The notes: a model not told the origin generated them from the letters alone. 64,000 bases of DNA from an uncultured archaeon (GCA_963799775.1 CAWCYD010000003.1:1504001-1568000), one strand, 5' to 3'; shown: positions 44,129 to 54,661, counted from the stretch's first letter. Program-made: numbers and translations.

Positions 44129-44260
44129 ACTTAACCCAGAAAGGAATAGCAGGTAATTAAGAACAGAAGAATGAAACATCACTGATGATTCATCATGGAA
44201 GGATTCTCCAGACTCGGATTCCATCACGAAGAAAGCCCTTCCACACAGAGCTTGTCTCGC

Positions 44261-44542
44261 TTAGAAATCTGGCGCATCACGCCGCTTTCTAGCCCTATTC
44301 CCTTTCATTCCCTTGTACGTTTCCAGCCACTTTATCCCTTCGTCAGTAATAAGATACCTTTCGAATTTGTCGCGAATTGTTCTAACGAGTCCCAGGGACT
44401 TCATCTCGTCAAGATGTCGTTTGGTATCTTTTCTCGTAAGCCTGGCCGAGATGACCAGGTCACTCACAGTCAAGGATTCATCCATCAAGGAGTCGAGGAT
44501 CGAACACCAGATGGCGAATCTATCGCGTTTCGGTTTGGCCAA
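44261..44542 (-). CDS. Winged-helix regulator (archaeal HTH_45-like)
   Basis: KRDRFAIWCSIL..ARL..HLDEM..GLV..YLITDEGIKWLE. Confidence 0.8.
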   Translation of the reverse strand: MAKPKRDRFAIWCSILDSLMDESLTVSDLVISARLTRKDTKRHLDEMKSLGLVRTIRDKFERYLITDEGIKWLETYKGMKGNRARKRRDAPDF

Positions 44543-45363
44543 GGAAGGTTGGGCACTCTAGGTGCCGAATTCACAAGCGCATGCGATTATAGTTTATGGA
44601 ACTATACGGGGAGTATGCTCCTAACTTAAGATTCAGCGCTTGCCGGTCGTTTCCTTGTTGCTGTGTTCTAAATGAATACAGAAAGGGCAAGTCTTCGAGC
44701 CTTAGCACCGATTGAGGTCGACTCCCAATCCCCTTTTGCCCTTCGCTGTAACTTTCCATCAGAAGTCGACGGACAGAAGGTACTGCGGGTTCTTCGACGG
44801 CAAGGCGCGTCATCACACTCCACATTCTGGACGCTGAAGCTCCTCAACTCACCTATCGGTGGTCTCATGTCAGCCTGCTAATTTTCGAGGTCCAGAGACT
44901 TCTTAATACCGAACCACCTGATTCTGCCTTACATATCTGGCAACCCCCTTTTACATCCATCGCTTGGTAAGTCGACCGGTGGGTGTGGATTGAGATCCGT
45001 TGCCTCGGTTCACTCACCATGGTCTGCCGTAATGTTTCCGGTGATGGAAGTGTTCTTCTTGGTTCAGGGAGACGGTCTCTAGGTCACCCAGAGTTTTTCT
45101 CCCGCACGTATTACCAAGCTAAACGCCCAATCGGGCCAGCGTAGAGCATGGACCTCTTCTGATGTCAATAGGGCCCAATTCAATGGAGAAAATCCTTTCC
45201 AACTCTTCGTGGATGCCTAAGTAGACAGGTCATATCATTATCAAGTTTAGGAAAGAACCATGTCGAGAAGCACCGTGGTCCGCCATCGTTCCTCGGAACT
45301 GATTGGACGGGGGGTATGCTTGCAACATGGCCGGTTATAACTGCCGTCCCACTCTTCTCCTAA

Positions 45364-47637
45364 TTGCGAAAGAGAGCCGGCGGAACGGTAACCAACGCCG
45401 TAATCGCAGCAATCCTGATCTATCCCTCCGCTAGTGTCGCCTACTTCTACATAAGCGGCCTAAGTTCGAATCACGAGTCTGGAGGTTTCCCTAACCCTTC
45501 TGTTAGCGTCACAACGGCAACCTCTGGGAACTCTACCTCCTCGACCATACCCGCGGACAACATGTCCCTGGCCGAACTGCAGACTCTCTCCTTCGGTAAC
45601 TCAAGCAAGTGCGACGGACTGCTGGACAGCGGATATTGGAGCACCGCGATCCAGACGTCCGGTAACTCCACCGCTCACCTGGTCCCGAACACGGTCTACA
45701 GCCTGACCCAGTCTTGGAACGGCTGGACGGAATTCTTCAGAGACAATATGACGAATCCGCCCGCGTGGCTCTCGATTGGATTCGGCAACTACACTTCCAC
45801 GCTGCAGGCGGAACTCGCTGCGCAGGTCATGGGCACGCACAACATCACTCTCGCAGCAGCCGTCATGAGGAATTACACGTCCGAAATCGGGGCGTTGGGG
45901 GCTGTCGGGCTCGACTTCTTGACGTGGGGCGGGCTCTCTGGAGTGAGGGTCGGCTACGAGACGGGCAGCTTCAGTCAGGCGGCGGCGCAGACATTCCCGG
46001 GGCAGGTATACCAACTCTTCCAGCTCTCGCAGGACTGCAGCTACTCGGAGCAGCAAAGGGCTCAATACCTCGGCACCGCGCTTTCGATGACCGCCATCGT
46101 CCTCGCCACATCGGGGAAGGACGGCTTCGGTCCGCAGTTCAAGGACCTGCTGACGAAGTTGGGGATAGGCGATGCTTGGCCAGGGATAAAGGGCTCCCTG
46201 AAGACCATCAATGACGCATCTCCGCCGGCGGCCTATGAGACGACGATGACACTCGCGGCGCTCGCGAAGAAGTTTCCCGCTAGTTTCAACGATCTGGCAC
46301 CCTTCACGATAAGTAGGATTGCCATAATGGTCCAGGTGCTAAAGAACAGCGGGCTCACGGCAGACGAAATAGAGCAGCAAGTCGCCCAGCTAACCCAGGC
46401 CGTCCAAGAGTCAGGCGACGGGAATCACGTGGCCGAGGTAGCGGACAAGGTCAGTTATGATCACGAAGGATTTCTGAGAGTCACGATAGGTGATGACCGC
46501 ACACCGGCGCTTACATATCCTCAGGGTGGGCATCGCCTAACCGCTTCGTTCCTCGCGAGCATATTGCCCGGGTTCAGCGTTGGTGAAGTGACGGCCCTCA
46601 AAGTCACAGTGCATAAGGTCTGGTATGAACTTCCCAGCTACCATGTGTATCAGGGAGGTCAGTATGTCGCCTTCGCTTTACCAACAGAACAGGTCCAGCC
46701 CGGCGACGCCGTGGGGCTCTCCTTCGAGCTCTTACCGGTAGAAGATTTCGCCGCCTCAGTTCCGGACATGGTGCTCAGCAATACCGGGCACCTGCAATGG
46801 CTAGCCGATACCGCGGTGCTGAAGAACTTCAAGGTCACGGATGGAATGATAAGTTTCGAGGTTCTTCAAAACAATCAGTGGTCGAGCGTAGGGAGCTACA
46901 CAATCGAGGGTCAGGTTGTGAATTATCCAGGAGTGAGCCAGCAGGGCGGCATCTATGCGGAGTTTGTAATCAAAGACTTCGCAGGAATGACGACGAACCT
47001 AAGGTTACGATACGACGGCTTCAGTTTCGGGGGCGGGCAGCTGCAGGTAGTTCAGGGTACGGAGACCCGCCCGATCTCAATGGTTTCGTACGACGGCCTC
47101 AGATTGAAGCTTCTCTACAGCTCAGGCAATAACGTTGCCACGATCTACCTCGAGCCGCCTTCTGGGTCGATCTACAGTCTTTCTGACATTCACCCCTACG
47201 CTGGCCCGTATCTCGACTTGGTCGAGGGTAAGTACACCAATGCCTGGCAGATTGATCAGGTCGTCATGACAAGGAACCTAGAGCGGGCGATGCTTGACAA
47301 TGGAGGAACGACCGAACAAGGCAGACTCGGCGCCGAAATTGCATACGTCGTGGCAGACGAAGACCTCGGCTTGAAGGGCATAGTCCTTCCGGATCCCGTA
47401 CAAGGTGGCCGGGGCCTATACCCGCAAGACAATTCAGTTGCGATTCAAGCCAGGTTCCTCAAGAGCCTGGGTTGGTACCAGGATGCGACCATACAGAATC
47501 AACTCCTCAAGCTTGCGACGAAATTGCAGCAAGACTACGCAAATCAGCCGAGCATGCGAGATGGTTATGCAATTCTGTCCTATGTTGACATGGATGGTAT
47601 GGTGAAGACCATCATTCTTGAGGTGCCAAGATGGTAA
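45364..47637 (+). CDS. Large secreted/anchored protein with C-terminal PD-(D/E)XK-like domain
   Basis: N-terminal TM and Ser/Thr linker; C-terminal QGRLGAEIA..QGGRGLY..VAIQARF..GYAILSY. Confidence 0.6.
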   Translation: MRKRAGGTVTNAVIAAILIYPSASVAYFYISGLSSNHESGGFPNPSVSVTTATSGNSTSSTIPADNMSLAELQTLSFGNSSKCDGLLDSGYWSTAIQTSGNSTAHLVPNTVYSLTQSWNGWTEFFRDNMTNPPAWLSIGFGNYTSTLQAELAAQVMGTHNITLAAAVMRNYTSEIGALGAVGLDFLTWGGLSGVRVGYETGSFSQAAAQTFPGQVYQLFQLSQDCSYSEQQRAQYLGTALSMTAIVLATSGKDGFGPQFKDLLTKLGIGDAWPGIKGSLKTINDASPPAAYETTMTLAALAKKFPASFNDLAPFTISRIAIMVQVLKNSGLTADEIEQQVAQLTQAVQESGDGNHVAEVADKVSYDHEGFLRVTIGDDRTPALTYPQGGHRLTASFLASILPGFSVGEVTALKVTVHKVWYELPSYHVYQGGQYVAFALPTEQVQPGDAVGLSFELLPVEDFAASVPDMVLSNTGHLQWLADTAVLKNFKVTDGMISFEVLQNNQWSSVGSYTIEGQVVNYPGVSQQGGIYAEFVIKDFAGMTTNLRLRYDGFSFGGGQLQVVQGTETRPISMVSYDGLRLKLLYSSGNNVATIYLEPPSGSIYSLSDIHPYAGPYLDLVEGKYTNAWQIDQVVMTRNLERAMLDNGGTTEQGRLGAEIAYVVADEDLGLKGIVLPDPVQGGRGLYPQDNSVAIQARFLKSLGWYQDATIQNQLLKLATKLQQDYANQPSMRDGYAILSYVDMDGMVKTIILEVPRW

Positions 47638-47832
47638 GCCATGCCTTCTGAGCAAGGAGCAAAAGTGGCGGCTCCAACCTATCGCGCAGCTGGGTAAACC
47701 ACCCGATCATCAAAGCATTATTCATGCCTTCACGGATGGCCGTAATCCGCGCATTCCGGCGAAGCCGCCAGACCTGTTCGCCTCAGGCTTGTATATCAGT
47801 CATTGCGAGACAAGATTGGTCGCTCTGTCCCA

Positions 47833-48165
47833 CTAGCCGGTGATTCCTGAGCCTGTCCCGCCTCCGGTGATTCCGGCTGACACCTTCCGTCGCCAGAAAA
47901 GCCCCAGAATCAGGCCCACGACCATGATAGCAAGTCCAAATAGGTTAAGGTCATAGTTCCAATGAAAGATTACAGGTTCCATGTAGACGCCGGATTGGAA
48001 CGGGGACACGAAATACTGAATCGACGAGCAGGAGTCAATGGCCGGCGGGCCGTTGCACGACCCATCAACGCAAGCTTCGCAGGTTTGCCGCGAAGCACCA
48101 AATAAGAGAAGCAGGAAACCTACTACAAAGAGGACGACTCCAAATACGAGCCCCGCCTTGGTCAT
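47833..48165 (-). CDS. Two-TM protein with Cys-rich loop
   Basis: MTKAGLVFGVVLFVVG..CEAC..C..C..LFGLAIMVVGLILG. Confidence 0.6.
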   Translation of the reverse strand: MTKAGLVFGVVLFVVGFLLLLFGASRQTCEACVDGSCNGPPAIDSCSSIQYFVSPFQSGVYMEPVIFHWNYDLNLFGLAIMVVGLILGLFWRRKVSAGITGGGTGSGITG

Positions 48166-48293
48166 TCCTTCGTCAGCGCTGACCTCAACAGACTTCCCCA
48201 AGTCTCTTTCTCTTGGCTGACGCGAGCCGCTTGGGCGGGAGTCTGACCATCCATGGCCATGTGCGGCTTCACGAAGTTATACTGAAACCTGTG
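48162..48293 (-). pseudogene. C-terminal remnant of an integrase-core (IS6/IS481-like) transposase
   Basis: YNFVKPHMAMDGQTPAQAA..W..LL. Confidence 0.7.
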
Positions 48294-48295
48294 GA

Positions 48296-49921
48296 CTAGC
48301 TCTTCGTCGGCAGGGAGAGCTCGAAGCCGCAGACGGGGACATCCAGCCCGAAGGCAGCCAGCGCGCTCGGCTTGACCTCGCCCAGGTGCCCCAGCGAAAC
48401 GCCCTTGACCACAGCCTCCGCGCATCTCCCGTCGGCGAAGGCCCAGTGGGACGCGGGGCGGGTCTCCGCGTCCTCCCCAAAGTGCCTCCTGACGAGGGCC
48501 TGGAGGTGCATCTTCGCCTCGGTGAAGGAGGACGAGGAATGGGCGGAGAGGGCCGCGAGCTTCGTGGACTCGACGACGATCGAGCCGCTCCTGGTGAAGA
48601 CCTTGCCCGCCTCGTAGACTCGTTGGGGATACTCGTTCTTCGTGTTGCGGCTCAGCACCCCCATCAGTGAGGGGAGGAGGGAGTCGCGCAGGAGGCTGTG
48701 CTCCGCGGTCCTCGGGTTGTCGACCTCCAGCCTGGAGTCTGAGGCCCGCCCGAAGCTGCGGTAGAGCATCGCCTCGTCCGTGAGGTCGAAGTTCATCGTC
48801 TCGTCGAAGCCCGCCTCCGCCATGGTGAGGCAGAGGTCTTCCACAAAGGTCATGCGTGGGTCGAACCCGCCGGCGTCGGTGCTCGGCGAATAAGAGGCGG
48901 CCATCTTGTCTAGGCCGTAGCCTATCACGAGCTCCTCCGCCAGGTCGACGGGGTGGAGGATGTCGACCCTGTAGCTCGGGATGACCGCGAAGCCCTTCCC
49001 GTCGAGGTCGAGGCGGCTCCTGCGGAGGGCATCCTTCATCTGCGCCTTTGTGAGAGTCAGGCCCGTGAGTCTCTGGGCGAGGTCGCCGTCGAACTGCATC
49101 TTCGAGGGCGAGAGGTCGGGCGTGACGACCTGCTTGGACTTGTAGTCGATGTTGACCGTCTCGATTGTGGCGCCGGCGTCCGCGAGGGCGCAGCAGACGA
49201 TGGCGAGCGCCTCGTTCCCGAGCCGCGCGTCGGTCGACGTGATGTCGACGAAGAGGTCCCTTGTGGTGGTCTCAACCTTGGTCTGGTCGCCGTTGATTAT
49301 CGGCGGGAACGAGAGGACCATCCCGTTCGAGTCGTAGAGCATAGGGTACGCCTTGGTCCCCGCGAGGATGGGCCCGTACGCGATCCCCGTCTCGGTGTTC
49401 TTGAGGATGTCAGCGACGGTCATCTCCTGCTCGGAGCCCAACGGCTTGAACGCAAAGCCCTCACCCTTGGCGCTGTAGTAGACGGGGAAGGCAATCGGCT
49501 TTAGGTTGTGGAGGCCTATGGCGACCTTCCTCCTCTTCCTCCCCAGCCCGTTGTGGAGGTCATCCTGCATGGAGATGAGCTGCCTGATCGTCTCCTCGTC
49601 GAGCCTGACCTTCCGGGCGACCGCGCAGGCGATGAAGGGCCGGACCTTGGCTAGGCTCTTGTCGGCGATGACCTTGTTCTTCCCGCGCGCGGCGCGATAT
49701 GGCTCGACCCCCGTCTCCTTCCCCACAAGGCCCCTGAGCGCCCTCGCGATGCCGTAGTCGGTGGAGAAGTCGGGCCTGTTCGGGTTGTACTCGATTCGGA
49801 CGGACTCCTCGTCGGTGCCCTCGATGTCCAGGCCCAGGTACGGGAGCCTGTCCAAGAACTTCTCCTTGGAGAGGCCCGAGAGCCTCTCGAAGCGGCTAAA
49901 GTAGATCTTGAGTACTGGCAA
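48296..49921 (-). CDS. pheT: Phenylalanine-tRNA ligase beta subunit
   Basis: YNPNRPD, RKRRKVAIGLH, SFPPIING, YRVDILHPVDLAEE. Confidence 0.96.
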   Translation of the reverse strand: MPVLKIYFSRFERLSGLSKEKFLDRLPYLGLDIEGTDEESVRIEYNPNRPDFSTDYGIARALRGLVGKETGVEPYRAARGKNKVIADKSLAKVRPFIACAVARKVRLDEETIRQLISMQDDLHNGLGRKRRKVAIGLHNLKPIAFPVYYSAKGEGFAFKPLGSEQEMTVADILKNTETGIAYGPILAGTKAYPMLYDSNGMVLSFPPIINGDQTKVETTTRDLFVDITSTDARLGNEALAIVCCALADAGATIETVNIDYKSKQVVTPDLSPSKMQFDGDLAQRLTGLTLTKAQMKDALRRSRLDLDGKGFAVIPSYRVDILHPVDLAEELVIGYGLDKMAASYSPSTDAGGFDPRMTFVEDLCLTMAEAGFDETMNFDLTDEAMLYRSFGRASDSRLEVDNPRTAEHSLLRDSLLPSLMGVLSRNTKNEYPQRVYEAGKVFTRSGSIVVESTKLAALSAHSSSSFTEAKMHLQALVRRHFGEDAETRPASHWAFADGRCAEAVVKGVSLGHLGEVKPSALAAFGLDVPVCGFELSLPTKS

Positions 49922-51398
49922 TCTCTCTCCTCTCCCTGAGCCATCCCAGGTCGTTGTTGTAGAGGTCCCGGATGTCCTCCATCCCTAGCCTCAGCATCAG
50001 CAGCCGCTCGAGGCCGCAGCCCCAAGCTATCACCGGCTTCTTCACTCCCAGGGGCCACGTGACCTCGGGCCTGAATATCCCCGAGCCGCCCATCTCGAGC
50101 CACTTGCCGACCTTGTCGTAGTAGACCATCACCTGCATCGAGGGCTCGGTGTAGGGGAAGTAGGAGGGCCAGAGCTTGACGCCGCTCATCCCAAGCTTCC
50201 CGTAGAACTTCGTGAGCACGCCCATGAGGTTCCTCAGGTTCATCCCGTCCCCGACCACGATGCCCTCCATCTGGTGGAGCTCGGCGAGGTGCTTGTAGTC
50301 GAGGCTCTCGTTGCGGTAGACCTTCGCCACGCTGAAGACCCTGGTCTCGGCCCCCGCGGACTCTTTTGTGGCCTGAATCGTGACTGCTGTGTTGTGCGTC
50401 CTGAGGACAAGGCGGCGCGCCTCCTCGACGTCCCACTTGTAGCGCCACCCCTTGCTCCCGGTCTGCCAGCCCCCCTCGTGTGCGGCCGCCACGTTGGAGA
50501 CGACCCCGGACCTTGTGAGCTTCTCGTCGCGCATGCCCTTCACGTAGAAGGTGTCCTGCAGCTCGCGCGCGGGGTGGTCCTGGGGAGTGAAGAGCGCGTC
50601 GAAGTTCCAGAAGGCGGACTGGACGGACTCGCCGCTTATCTCCTTGAATCCCATCGAGAGGTAGACCTCTCTCACCTCCGCGATGAGCTCCTTCACCGGG
50701 TGCCTCCTTCCGGGGTGGAAGCGCGGGGCGCTCGCGCTCACGTCGATTGGCCTGAGCTTGACGTCAAGGCCCATGGCCCTTATCGAGGAGAGGATCTCCG
50801 GGGTGAGCTTGTCGAACCCCTGGTCCTCGGTGCTCTTGAGGGCCTCTTGGCCGTCGGGTGTTATCGCGATGTTGACGACCTTCGACTCCTTCCTCGTGAC
50901 GAGGCCGCGCTTGACCAAGTCGGAGACAAGGTCCTTATGGTCGGCGGAAACTGCTCCCTCGTCGACGCCCTTCTTCAGCTTGGCGATGAGGTTCAGTGCA
51001 GGGCCTTGCCCGCCTCCTTGTCCTTGAGCTTGACGAACTGGCCCATCATCCCCTCGCCCACCTCGACCCATCCTGCGGAGATGGCTCGCCCCATCGCGGC
51101 GGAGAACCCGCGGTCCTCGCCCACCGCGTTGCGCAGGTATGCGAGGGAGGCCTCCCCTCCCATCTCCTGGAGCTTCTCGATAAACACGAGCTCCGGGGGC
51201 TGCCCTGTGGCGGTGAGCTCTGCGCTCGTAACCTCTGTGACCGTGATGAGACCCTTGGACGAGAGCCACGACATCGACCGCCTGACCTGGTCAGGGAGGA
51301 GCGAGGAGGAGGCGACGAGCTCGTCGAACGACCTTGGTGCGCCTGCGAGGGACGTGAGGAGCCTTGCGCTCGATGGGGTGGAGCGGCGTCTTCTCCAT
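49896..51398 (-). CDS. pheS: Phenylalanine-tRNA ligase alpha subunit (two frameshifts)
   Basis: FWNFDALFTPQDHPARELQDTF, LRTH, YFPYTEPS, GSGIFRPE, GLERL. Confidence 0.96.
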
Positions 51399-51403
51399 GT
51401 CGG

Positions 51404-52534
51404 TCAACTCGCGAGCTCGAGGAGCCGCTTCCTGCTAGTCTTCAGGAGCTCCTCGGCGTCCTTCATCAAGGCGTCGCGCTTGCGTCTGTGGTCCTCTAGA
51501 TAACGCTTGACGAGGTTGGCGAGCTCCTTCTTGCAGTCGCCGCACATCCTGATCCCTCCGACGCACTCATCGTAGACGCGCTTCGCGTAGTCGTCCTCGA
51601 TCGCAAAGTGGAACAGGTAGTGGTCGTAGACGGGGCACTTGTCGGCCTCCCCTCCGAGCTTCCTCTGCTCCTCCACGCTGGCGCGCCCGCCCGTGAACGC
51701 GGACATCACCTTCTTCGCCGCCGAGGAAGGGGCCTCGCTCAGGTTAATCGTGGACTCGGGGTTGCGCTTCGACATCTTCGATGAGCCGTCCAGGCTCTTC
51801 ATCAGCTTGTGATATATCGAAGATGGAGGGACGAAACCGAATTCCTTTCGATATGCGAAAGCGATGTCCCTCGTCAGCCTGATGTGGGGGTCCTGGTCCG
51901 CGCCCACCGGTACTAGGACTGGCTTGGGGCCTCCGAACTCCGGCAGCTGGGGCATGAGTATGTCGCCAATCTGGATGAGGGCGGAGAGGTAGAGGCCGAT
52001 CTGCCTCTCGCCGTAGACCGCCTTCAGCATGTTGTTCGTGACGCTCGCCGAGAAAATCGACGAGAGCCTCATCACCCTCACCTCCTCGCTCTGCTTGTAG
52101 ACTATCGCCTTCGCCGGGTCAAGGCCCAGAGCTAGGATGTCAGCGACGTTCTGGATGGCGATCTTCGAGCTCTCCGCGAAGGTGAGCCCGTTGTCGTTGT
52201 AGGCCTCCACGTCGGCTATGCAGTAGAAGACAGTCACCCTCTTCGAGAGGGACTGCCAGTAGATCATGTCGTCGGCGGTCATCTTCGTCCCGAGGTGGAA
52301 GACGCCGCTGGGCTTGATTCCGCTCATCACCGCGTAGGCCTTGTCGTTGTCTATCGCGTCGAGTATCCTGCCAAGGCGCTTCTGCCCAAAGTCGATGCCC
52401 CTGCGGATGTGGAGGCTCGGCTTCTTGAGCCGGGGAAGGACCGCGTCGATGCGCTCGATGCCGAACGCGGAGTGGAGGCGCTCGTAGTCCGCGACCGACG
52501 TCTCTCCCCACGGGTCGAGCTTGTCTTTCTCCAC
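51404..52534 (-). CDS. trpS: Tryptophan-tRNA ligase
   Basis: GIKPSG.FHLG, PVGADQDPH, KMSK, AFTGGR, CGDCK. Confidence 0.95.
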   Translation of the reverse strand: MEKDKLDPWGETSVADYERLHSAFGIERIDAVLPRLKKPSLHIRRGIDFGQKRLGRILDAIDNDKAYAVMSGIKPSGVFHLGTKMTADDMIYWQSLSKRVTVFYCIADVEAYNDNGLTFAESSKIAIQNVADILALGLDPAKAIVYKQSEEVRVMRLSSIFSASVTNNMLKAVYGERQIGLYLSALIQIGDILMPQLPEFGGPKPVLVPVGADQDPHIRLTRDIAFAYRKEFGFVPPSSIYHKLMKSLDGSSKMSKRNPESTINLSEAPSSAAKKVMSAFTGGRASVEEQRKLGGEADKCPVYDHYLFHFAIEDDYAKRVYDECVGGIRMCGDCKKELANLVKRYLEDHRRKRDALMKDAEELLKTSRKRLLELAS

Positions 52535-52600
52535 ACTGGACGAGACCGGCCTGGTCGGATTATAAATTCCTCCCTCGGGTCGAGCGACTCTGGGCCCCAC

Positions 52601-52849
52601 TCACCGAGGGAGGCCCACAAGGATCAGCAGGGCCGTCAGGGCGAGCGTCGCCAGGCAGTAGACCCAGGGCCTGACCCCGCCGAAGAAGCGGGCGCACAGG
52701 CCTACCATGACGAAGACGCCGACGGCGTAGTAGACCATGAACCCTCCGCGGAGATAGGCCTCGGTCAGGAAGATCGACGCCAGAAGGCCCCCTCCGAGCC
52801 CCAGGGAGACCTTGATGACGTAAATGGAGAGCTCCTCGCGGCCTATCAT
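52601..52849 (-). CDS. Small three-TM membrane protein
   Basis: Hydrophobic 82-aa ORF overlapping the coaD stop. Confidence 0.6.
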   Translation of the reverse strand: MIGREELSIYVIKVSLGLGGGLLASIFLTEAYLRGGFMVYYAVGVFVMVGLCARFFGGVRPWVYCLATLALTALLILVGLPR

Positions 52850-53346
52850 CGCGCTCCCCCGCCCCGCCCCGGGGAACGGACCGCCTTCCCCTGCTCGTCT
52901 ATCTCGCCCTTCCTTATCCTGGTGGAGGAGATTGGCCTCCCGTCCTCGGAGACCACCCAGTCGATGACGACGAGGTCGAGCGGCGGGAAACCGCGCTTCG
53001 CGCGCATCTCGTTTGCCAAGGAGACCCTCTTGCCTGTCTCTGGGCTCGCCACCAGGGCTTGCACCCCGCTGGTCGCGATTCCTGGCCCGAAGAGATCGTC
53101 GAGCTTCGCGATAACGTAACGCCTTCCCGGGAAGGCCTCCCTGATGTAGGCCTCGAGCGCTTCCTTCCTCTCCTTGTAAGAGCGGGCGGGGGTCTTCCCT
53201 TCCCTCTTCGCGAACTCGTCCGAGGTCAGGCCGATGACGACCTCGCCGCCGACCTCGAAGCTCCTCTCGAGGAGCCGCTTGTGCCCGGCGTGAAGGCCGT
53301 CGAAGGCCCCGCCCGTGGCCACCATCGAGTACTTGGTGCCAGACAT
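52846..53346 (-). CDS. coaD: Archaeal phosphopantetheine adenylyltransferase
   Basis: GGAFDGLHAGHK, IGLTSD, SPET, ISSTRIRKGEID. Confidence 0.9.
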   Translation of the reverse strand: MSGTKYSMVATGGAFDGLHAGHKRLLERSFEVGGEVVIGLTSDEFAKREGKTPARSYKERKEALEAYIREAFPGRRYVIAKLDDLFGPGIATSGVQALVASPETGKRVSLANEMRAKRGFPPLDLVVIDWVVSEDGRPISSTRIRKGEIDEQGKAVRSPGRGGGAR

Positions 53347-53353
53347 CGCGCCT

Positions 53354-54661
53354 TTATTCTTCAAAATCACGACGAGTCGGAGATAGTGACATCCACCCCG
53401 GGCGCTCACCCGAGCTTTCAGCGCGAATCTCAGCGCGTTTAGTTCCTGCATCAATGGCAGAGCTTGGTCTTCCAGTGGTCTGGAAGATTAGAGGTTCCGC
53501 CTCAACAGGCTTGAGTTCGGGCATGTCCTGCCCTACCTTGGGTGCGGCGAGGCCAGCTAGAGCCAGACCGCGCTTAAGCACAACATTTGCAGCGTTGTAG
53601 TCCCTCACGAGTAAGCGACCACATCCGATACAAACAAACTCCCTAACGCTCAGGTCAAGCTGGTTGAGTGTGCCGCAGTGGAAGCATTCTTGAGTTGAAT
53701 AGGCCGCTGGCACGCGGACCACCTTTGAGCCCGTGCTCCGAGCCTTCTGCTCCGTGAGTCTCACGAGTTGGTTCCAAGAAGCGTCGCTTATTGCCTTCGC
53801 CAACTTATGATTCTTGACCATGTTCTTTACTCTTAGATTCTCGAACGCGATGAAACTGTGCTCCTTCGCTAGATGGGAAGAAAGCTTGTAGTTGAAATCC
53901 AATCGCTGTCGCCTAACCTTCGCTTGTTGTGAAGCGACCCGTTTGCGGGCCTTGAAGTTATTCTTTGAGCCTTTTTTCTTCCTCGCAAAGACTTGCTGGA
54001 GATTCTTCAGTTTCTTTTCAGCCTTCTTGAGAAAGTGAGGATGTTCAATCTTGTTCCCGTCCGAGGTGGTAATCAACGAAAGAAGACCCAGGTCAACGCC
54101 TATCGGAGTTCGAGCAGACGGTGTTGAAAACTCGATGTTCTGTAGTGGAACGACCTCTTCGATGACAAGCGAAGCAAACCATCTTCCGTCAGCTTCTCTT
54201 ATCACCGTGCAGGTCTTTACTCGAGAGTCTTTCGGAAGAGGTCTGTGTAAGACCGCTCTGACGTTCCCAATTTTTGATAAGAAGAGTCTCTTTCTCATCG
54301 TGTCGATCCTAACGGAACCGTTGTAGGCCTGCGGATAGGTAAAGGATCCAGACTGGCTGAACTTCTTGAATTTTGGATAACCAGCGCGACCTGTGAAGAA
54401 GAGCCTGAAGGCCTTGTCGAGTCTTCTCAACACATCTTGCCCAGCCTGCGAGTAGAGACTACAAACCGACAATCCTCGATTTCGTTCACTTGTTAGTATT
54501 GATGCCTGATGGTTATATGACGTTGATTTTCTCTCACTCTCCCATCTCATTTTCCTGTGCACGAGTGCGTCATTCCAAAGCTTCCTAGAGGCCTCGAGTC
54601 CAAGAAGCATTCTGGCCTCCTGTCTTTGCTCGGGATAGAGGCGGAATTTGTAAGCCCTCAT
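53354..54661 (-). CDS. tnpB: RNA-guided endonuclease TnpB
   Basis: AYKFRLYP, RuvC motifs IGVDLG / AFENL / RDYNAA, Zn finger CFHC..CIGC. Confidence 0.95.
   Translation of the reverse strand: MRAYKFRLYPEQRQEARMLLGLEASRKLWNDALVHRKMRWESERKSTSYNHQASILTSERNRGLSVCSLYSQAGQDVLRRLDKAFRLFFTGRAGYPKFKKFSQSGSFTYPQAYNGSVRIDTMRKRLFLSKIGNVRAVLHRPLPKDSRVKTCTVIREADGRWFASLVIEEVVPLQNIEFSTPSARTPIGVDLGLLSLITTSDGNKIEHPHFLKKAEKKLKNLQQVFARKKKGSKNNFKARKRVASQQAKVRRQRLDFNYKLSSHLAKEHSFIAFENLRVKNMVKNHKLAKAISDASWNQLVRLTEQKARSTGSKVVRVPAAYSTQECFHCGTLNQLDLSVREFVCIGCGRLLVRDYNAANVVLKRGLALAGLAAPKVGQDMPELKPVEAEPLIFQTTGRPSSAIDAGTKRAEIRAESSGERPGWMSLSPTRRDFEE
53386..53535 (-). ncRNA. Predicted omega/reRNA scaffold of TnpB
   Basis: GGGCAGGACATGCCC hairpin, AAGCCTGTTGAG, GCAGGAA, ending GATGTCAC; overlaps the tnpB 3' end; 5' boundary approximate. 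Confidence 0.6.

Larger units (their letters stand above)
41975..48295. other. Lower-GC accessory island between the Toprim gene and pheT
   Basis: Visible shift to AT-richer codons, secreted/membrane orphans, a nonsense-interrupted gene and a transposase remnant at the right edge. Confidence 0.65.

Noticed and set aside
44545-45360. Short ORFs in the island spacer
   Set aside because: No motifs or consistent coding signal; probably decayed sequence
53377-53385. Predicted TnpB guide begins TATCTCCGA, matching 9 nt of the ISH3-like terminal repeat (possible anti-IS targeting)
   Set aside because: Match stops at 9 nt, the repeat is preceded by CAG and not TTTAA, and the guide is simply the flanking coaD promoter
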